Below, piece by piece: positions 60,689-64,000 of a DNA stretch of 64,000 nt. This DNA comes from Thermoanaerobaculia bacterium (GTDB lineage: Bacteria; Acidobacteriota; Thermoanaerobaculia; Multivoradales; UBA5704), in contig JBGAGQ010000002.1 of assembly GCA_044226625.1 (NCBI GenBank), forward strand, positions 96,001-160,000, read 5' to 3'. Made by a program: the position numbers and the translations under genes. Under the pieces are notes generated by a model that worked only from the letters and a program-made list of their open reading frames with translations, was not told the DNA's origin and made no database searches. Each line of letters opens with the position of its first letter. Within the stretch, counting starts at the first letter, position 1.

Positions 60689-61216
60689 ATGATCGCACTC
60701 GACGAAATTTTTATCGAAACGTCGCTCGAAACGTTTCTCGAAGAAGCACGTCCACGCCTCAAGGTTATCTTCTGTCGTTATCGGATCCCTCCGGACGACA
60801 CCGAAGACATCGTGCAACAGGCCCTCTTGGCCTTGCTCTATCGCCTGGGCTCCGTCCGAGATCCCCAGGCCTGGCTTATCGGTACCGTCAAGAACAAATG
60901 TCTCCTGTATTGGCGCGACCAACGAAGAAGGCTGTATGACTCGGTCGATTCCACCGTGCTCGAATGGATCGCGCAGCCCGCGTCGCCCGAGCAGGAGGAC
61001 CATGACCTCCGGCGGGATCTCTCGGCCGTGATCGAGACCTTGCCCCGACGCTGCCGCGCCCTGCTGAGCTTGCGTTATGGGCTTGGATATGAGCCCCCCG
61101 AAGTCGCTGCACGTTTGGGTTACCGGACCTCGAGCATGAGCAAAATCACGACGCGCTGTCTTTCGCTGCTTACCCGTCAATTACTCATCGCTGGTTTGGG
61201 TCGGAAAAAAATATGA
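60689..61216 (+). CDS. ECF-type sigma-70 factor (paralog 3)
   Basis: RPRL..YRIPPDDTEDIVQQ, DPQAWL, LPRRCRALLSLRYGLGY, SSMSKITTRC. Confidence 0.88.
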   Translation: MIALDEIFIETSLETFLEEARPRLKVIFCRYRIPPDDTEDIVQQALLALLYRLGSVRDPQAWLIGTVKNKCLLYWRDQRRRLYDSVDSTVLEWIAQPASPEQEDHDLRRDLSAVIETLPRRCRALLSLRYGLGYEPPEVAARLGYRTSSMSKITTRCLSLLTRQLLIAGLGRKKI

Positions 61217-62601
61217 ACGAGATTACCGATCATCCGAGCCGAGAGGTTCTGGAGCGGTTCCTCTTGGCGCAGCTTCCAGCCTCCGAAAGCCGTCGTGTTT
61301 TACGGCATCTATTGTCCGGCTGCCTGGAGTGCCAGCGCGAGGCGGGCGCCGCGTGGAAAAACACGCAGCCGAGCACGACCTCGCTGCCCATCGACCCAGC
61401 TCTCGACGCCCGATACGACGAGGTTCTCGATCGAGTCTTTCGGCGGGTGGAGCGGGTGGAGCAGCAGCTTGCCCGCGAGCGAGCGCAAGCGCAGGAGCTG
61501 CTCGCGCAGCTCGAGCCGCATCCCATTCAGCGGCAGCGACTCATGCTGCGCAACAGCTCTAAGTTCAAGAATCGTGCGCTTTGCGAACAGATGATCAAGG
61601 CCAGCCACGACCGAGGCTTCAAGGATCCGGCTCGCTCTCTGGAGCTGGCCGAGCTGGCGATCGAGATTTCGCAGTCGGTGCCCGACGACGCGAAGGACGC
61701 CGACCCCAGGCGCCACCTGGAGAGCCGTGCTTGGGCGCAGGCGGGCAACGCGAACCGAATTCTCGGCAATCACGATGTCGCCGAGCGCTGTTTCGTCAGC
61801 GCCGAAGATCTGCTCGCCGATTCCGCCGGCATTGGCATCTTCGACGAGGCGCGCCTGTTCAGCCTCAAAGCTTCTCTACGCCGCGATCAGCGGAGGTGGA
61901 GCGAGTCGCTGGAGTTGTTCGATCGGTCGATCTCGATCTATCAGAGCCTGGGCCAAAGGCACTTGCTCGGGCGAACCTATGCTCAGAAGGCGACCGTCAT
62001 CTCCGAGGTCGGGGATTTCGTCTCCTCGATCTCCATCTTGCGCCGCGCGCTGGAGCTGCTCGATCCCAAGGAGGAACCGCGCATCTTCCTCGCCGCCCGC
62101 CACAACCTGATCTGGGCGCTCTGCGAAAGCGAGCGCTACCGGGAAGCCTTCGCCTTGCTTTTCCATACCCGCCCGTTCTACCTCCAGGCGGGGGATCGGA
62201 TGAACCTGCTAAGGATGAGGTGGCTCGAGGGGCAGGTTGCCGCGGGCCTTGGCCGTCTGGAGCAAGCCGAGGTAGCGTTTCTCGAAGTTCGCCGCTCGTT
62301 CGCCGAGCTCTCGCTCGACTATGACGGCGCGCTCGTTTCGCTCGATCTAGCCGGCCTGCTCGCGCGCCAGGGCCGCGCGGCCGAAGTCCAGCACATCGCC
62401 GAGGAAGTGCTCACCATCTTCGTCGCTCGGTCGATCCACCGCGAGGCGATCGCGGCCATCGCCTTGCTCAAGCTAGCTGCCGACCAGCAGCGCGCCGAGG
62501 TGGCCTTGGTACGGCAGGTGTCCTCGTTCCTGCGCCGCTCTCGGAGCAACCCCGACTTGGTCTTCGAGGTCGGCGACGAAGCGACGTCCGAGGCGAGCTA
62601 G
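61213..62601 (+). CDS. Zinc-finger (anti-sigma-like) + TPR protein 2
   Basis: HPSREVL..RHLLSGCLEC; shares GFKDP, HNLI, GDRMNLLRxRWLE, LDLAG and HREA motifs with TPR protein 1; ATGA overlap with sigma 3. Confidence 0.8.
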   Translation: MNEITDHPSREVLERFLLAQLPASESRRVLRHLLSGCLECQREAGAAWKNTQPSTTSLPIDPALDARYDEVLDRVFRRVERVEQQLARERAQAQELLAQLEPHPIQRQRLMLRNSSKFKNRALCEQMIKASHDRGFKDPARSLELAELAIEISQSVPDDAKDADPRRHLESRAWAQAGNANRILGNHDVAERCFVSAEDLLADSAGIGIFDEARLFSLKASLRRDQRRWSESLELFDRSISIYQSLGQRHLLGRTYAQKATVISEVGDFVSSISILRRALELLDPKEEPRIFLAARHNLIWALCESERYREAFALLFHTRPFYLQAGDRMNLLRMRWLEGQVAAGLGRLEQAEVAFLEVRRSFAELSLDYDGALVSLDLAGLLARQGRAAEVQHIAEEVLTIFVARSIHREAIAAIALLKLAADQQRAEVALVRQVSSFLRRSRSNPDLVFEVGDEATSEAS

Positions 62602-62682
62602 GACCAGATAGGACCCCGCCCCCCGCGGACATCGCACGGGGGCAAAGCCTGAAGCAGGGTAATCCGGCGTTCGAGCGCCGGA

Positions 62683-64000
62683 TTACGTGCGGACTCCCAG
62701 AAACAGATAGCTCGACAGCAGCGAGAAGAGAGCGCTAGGACTCCAGACCGCGGCGGCAGGCGGGATGGCACCGGCTTCGCCGAGCGTCTTGAAAAAGGCG
62801 AAGACGGCAAGGAAGACGATCCCCAGAACGATGGAGACACCGATCCCATAGAGAGTTCCCTGGCGGCCGATCCGAAAGGCGAAAGGCAGAGCCACGACCG
62901 CCATGATCAAGGAGATCACCGGGAAGGCAAGCTTGTTGTAGAGCTGAACTTCGAGCTCGGGTACGGCTTGGCCACTCCCTTTAAGCTCCCGGATGTACGA
63001 TCGCAGCTCGCCGTAGGTCATCTGCTCGGGCGGCCGAATCTCGGCGTCGAAGTACTCGGGTGTCTCGGGAAAGGCGACGGTCCGCTTGCCCCGGAAGCGG
63101 GTGTAGTTTGCAACGCTGCCGTGCGAGAGGATGCGCGCCCACCCGTTTTCGAAGACCCAATTACCATGGCCGGCGTAGGTCGCGTTCTCGGCATAGAGGC
63201 GCCGGACCATCTCGTGATTCGAGTCGAAGTCGAAGACGTGCAACCGCTGGAGGGTGTGGCTTCGCGGGTCGTAGTAGGAGTAGTTGTAAATGAAGCGCCC
63301 GTGACCGAACAGCCACTGGCGGTCGGCGCGCCGATAGGTTCGCACGGTCTCCTTGCCGTTGATCTTGTCGCGCATTTGGGCCACGCGCTCGTTGGAGGCC
63401 GGAAGGACCTGGGTCTCCAAATAGGCACAAAACGAGGAGATGACCAGCGCCGAGACGATGACCGGCAGGGCCAGCCGATAGAGGCTCACCCCGAGCGCCT
63501 TGGCGGCCGTGACTTCGTTGGTGCGCGACAGGAGGCTGAAGGTCATCAACGTCGTCACCAGGATCACGACGGGTGCGATGTCGTAGAAGATCTGGAGCGA
63601 CATGTACTTGTAGTAGGAGAAGACCAGGCCCTTGGCGATCTTGTTCTTCAGAATCTCGTCGATCCTCTCGGTCAGGTCGGCGATCACGTAGAGCGAGATG
63701 CCGGACGCGGTCACGATCGAGAGCACGATCAGGAAGATTCGGACCACATACCGATCGATCAGGTTTGGGAAGAGCAGGCGAAGGCGGGGAATGCGTAGGA
63801 CCACGCCGCGATCGTCGACGCTCCTCGCGGTGGCCACGCCCGCCCGCCCGCCAAGGGCTTCCTCGGGAAGCAGGGGAGCGGCCGACACCGGGCGCTTTCG
63901 AAGCGAGCGGATACGCAGGATTCCCCCCCAGACGTCACGCCGGATCCAACGATCGAAACGAGAGAACAGCAGGCTCTTGTCGCGGTTCCTGCGGATGAGG
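62683..64000 (-). CDS. lptG: LPS export permease LptG domain, probably the C-terminal half of a fused LptF/LptG; 5' part lies beyond the window
   Basis: LIDRYVVR, RTNEVTAAKALGVSLYRL, KLAFP, AAAVWSP; the frame stays open to the window end. Confidence 0.85.
   Translation of the reverse strand, partial: LIRRNRDKSLLFSRFDRWIRRDVWGGILRIRSLRKRPVSAAPLLPEEALGGRAGVATARSVDDRGVVLRIPRLRLLFPNLIDRYVVRIFLIVLSIVTASGISLYVIADLTERIDEILKNKIAKGLVFSYYKYMSLQIFYDIAPVVILVTTLMTFSLLSRTNEVTAAKALGVSLYRLALPVIVSALVISSFCAYLETQVLPASNERVAQMRDKINGKETVRTYRRADRQWLFGHGRFIYNYSYYDPRSHTLQRLHVFDFDSNHEMVRRLYAENATYAGHGNWVFENGWARILSHGSVANYTRFRGKRTVAFPETPEYFDAEIRPPEQMTYGELRSYIRELKGSGQAVPELEVQLYNKLAFPVISLIMAVVALPFAFRIGRQGTLYGIGVSIVLGIVFLAVFAFFKTLGEAGAIPPAAAVWSPSALFSLLSSYLFLGVRT

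Overview
High-GC bacterial chromosomal window, most likely Acidobacteriota (Thermoanaerobaculia-like). This is inferred from an ADOP-type duplicated permease, a probably fused LptF/G, and the CRTAC1/FG-GAP, CHAT and ECF-sigma/TPR gene content. It mixes housekeeping genes (purC, pepA, fhs, glgA/glgC, lipB/lipA, nadQ + nadABC, ABC and efflux systems) with accessory loci. Most notable is a cluster at 56.4-62.6 kb: a GAFTGA-less AAA+/Fis regulator, three paralogous ECF-type sigma factors, two translationally coupled soluble zinc-finger (anti-sigma-like)-TPR proteins and a small secreted pro-peptide-like ORF. Together these suggest an undescribed peptide-sensing, RRNPP-like ECF signalling system (inference). 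Other points: a TPR-CHAT protease coupled to an AT-rich Cys-rich orphan; a FG-GAP/pentaheme-cytochrome operon; a secreted HET-C-like protein; a MazEF relic; a degenerate class III cyclase; two intergenic arrays with ~20-21 bp periodicity; a NadQ regulon with visible operators; and clean internal deletions in glgC, nadC and lipA, which may be real or assembly artefacts. No rRNA, tRNA, CRISPR array or intact transposase was recognised. All family assignments come from motif recognition by eye; no database search was run.
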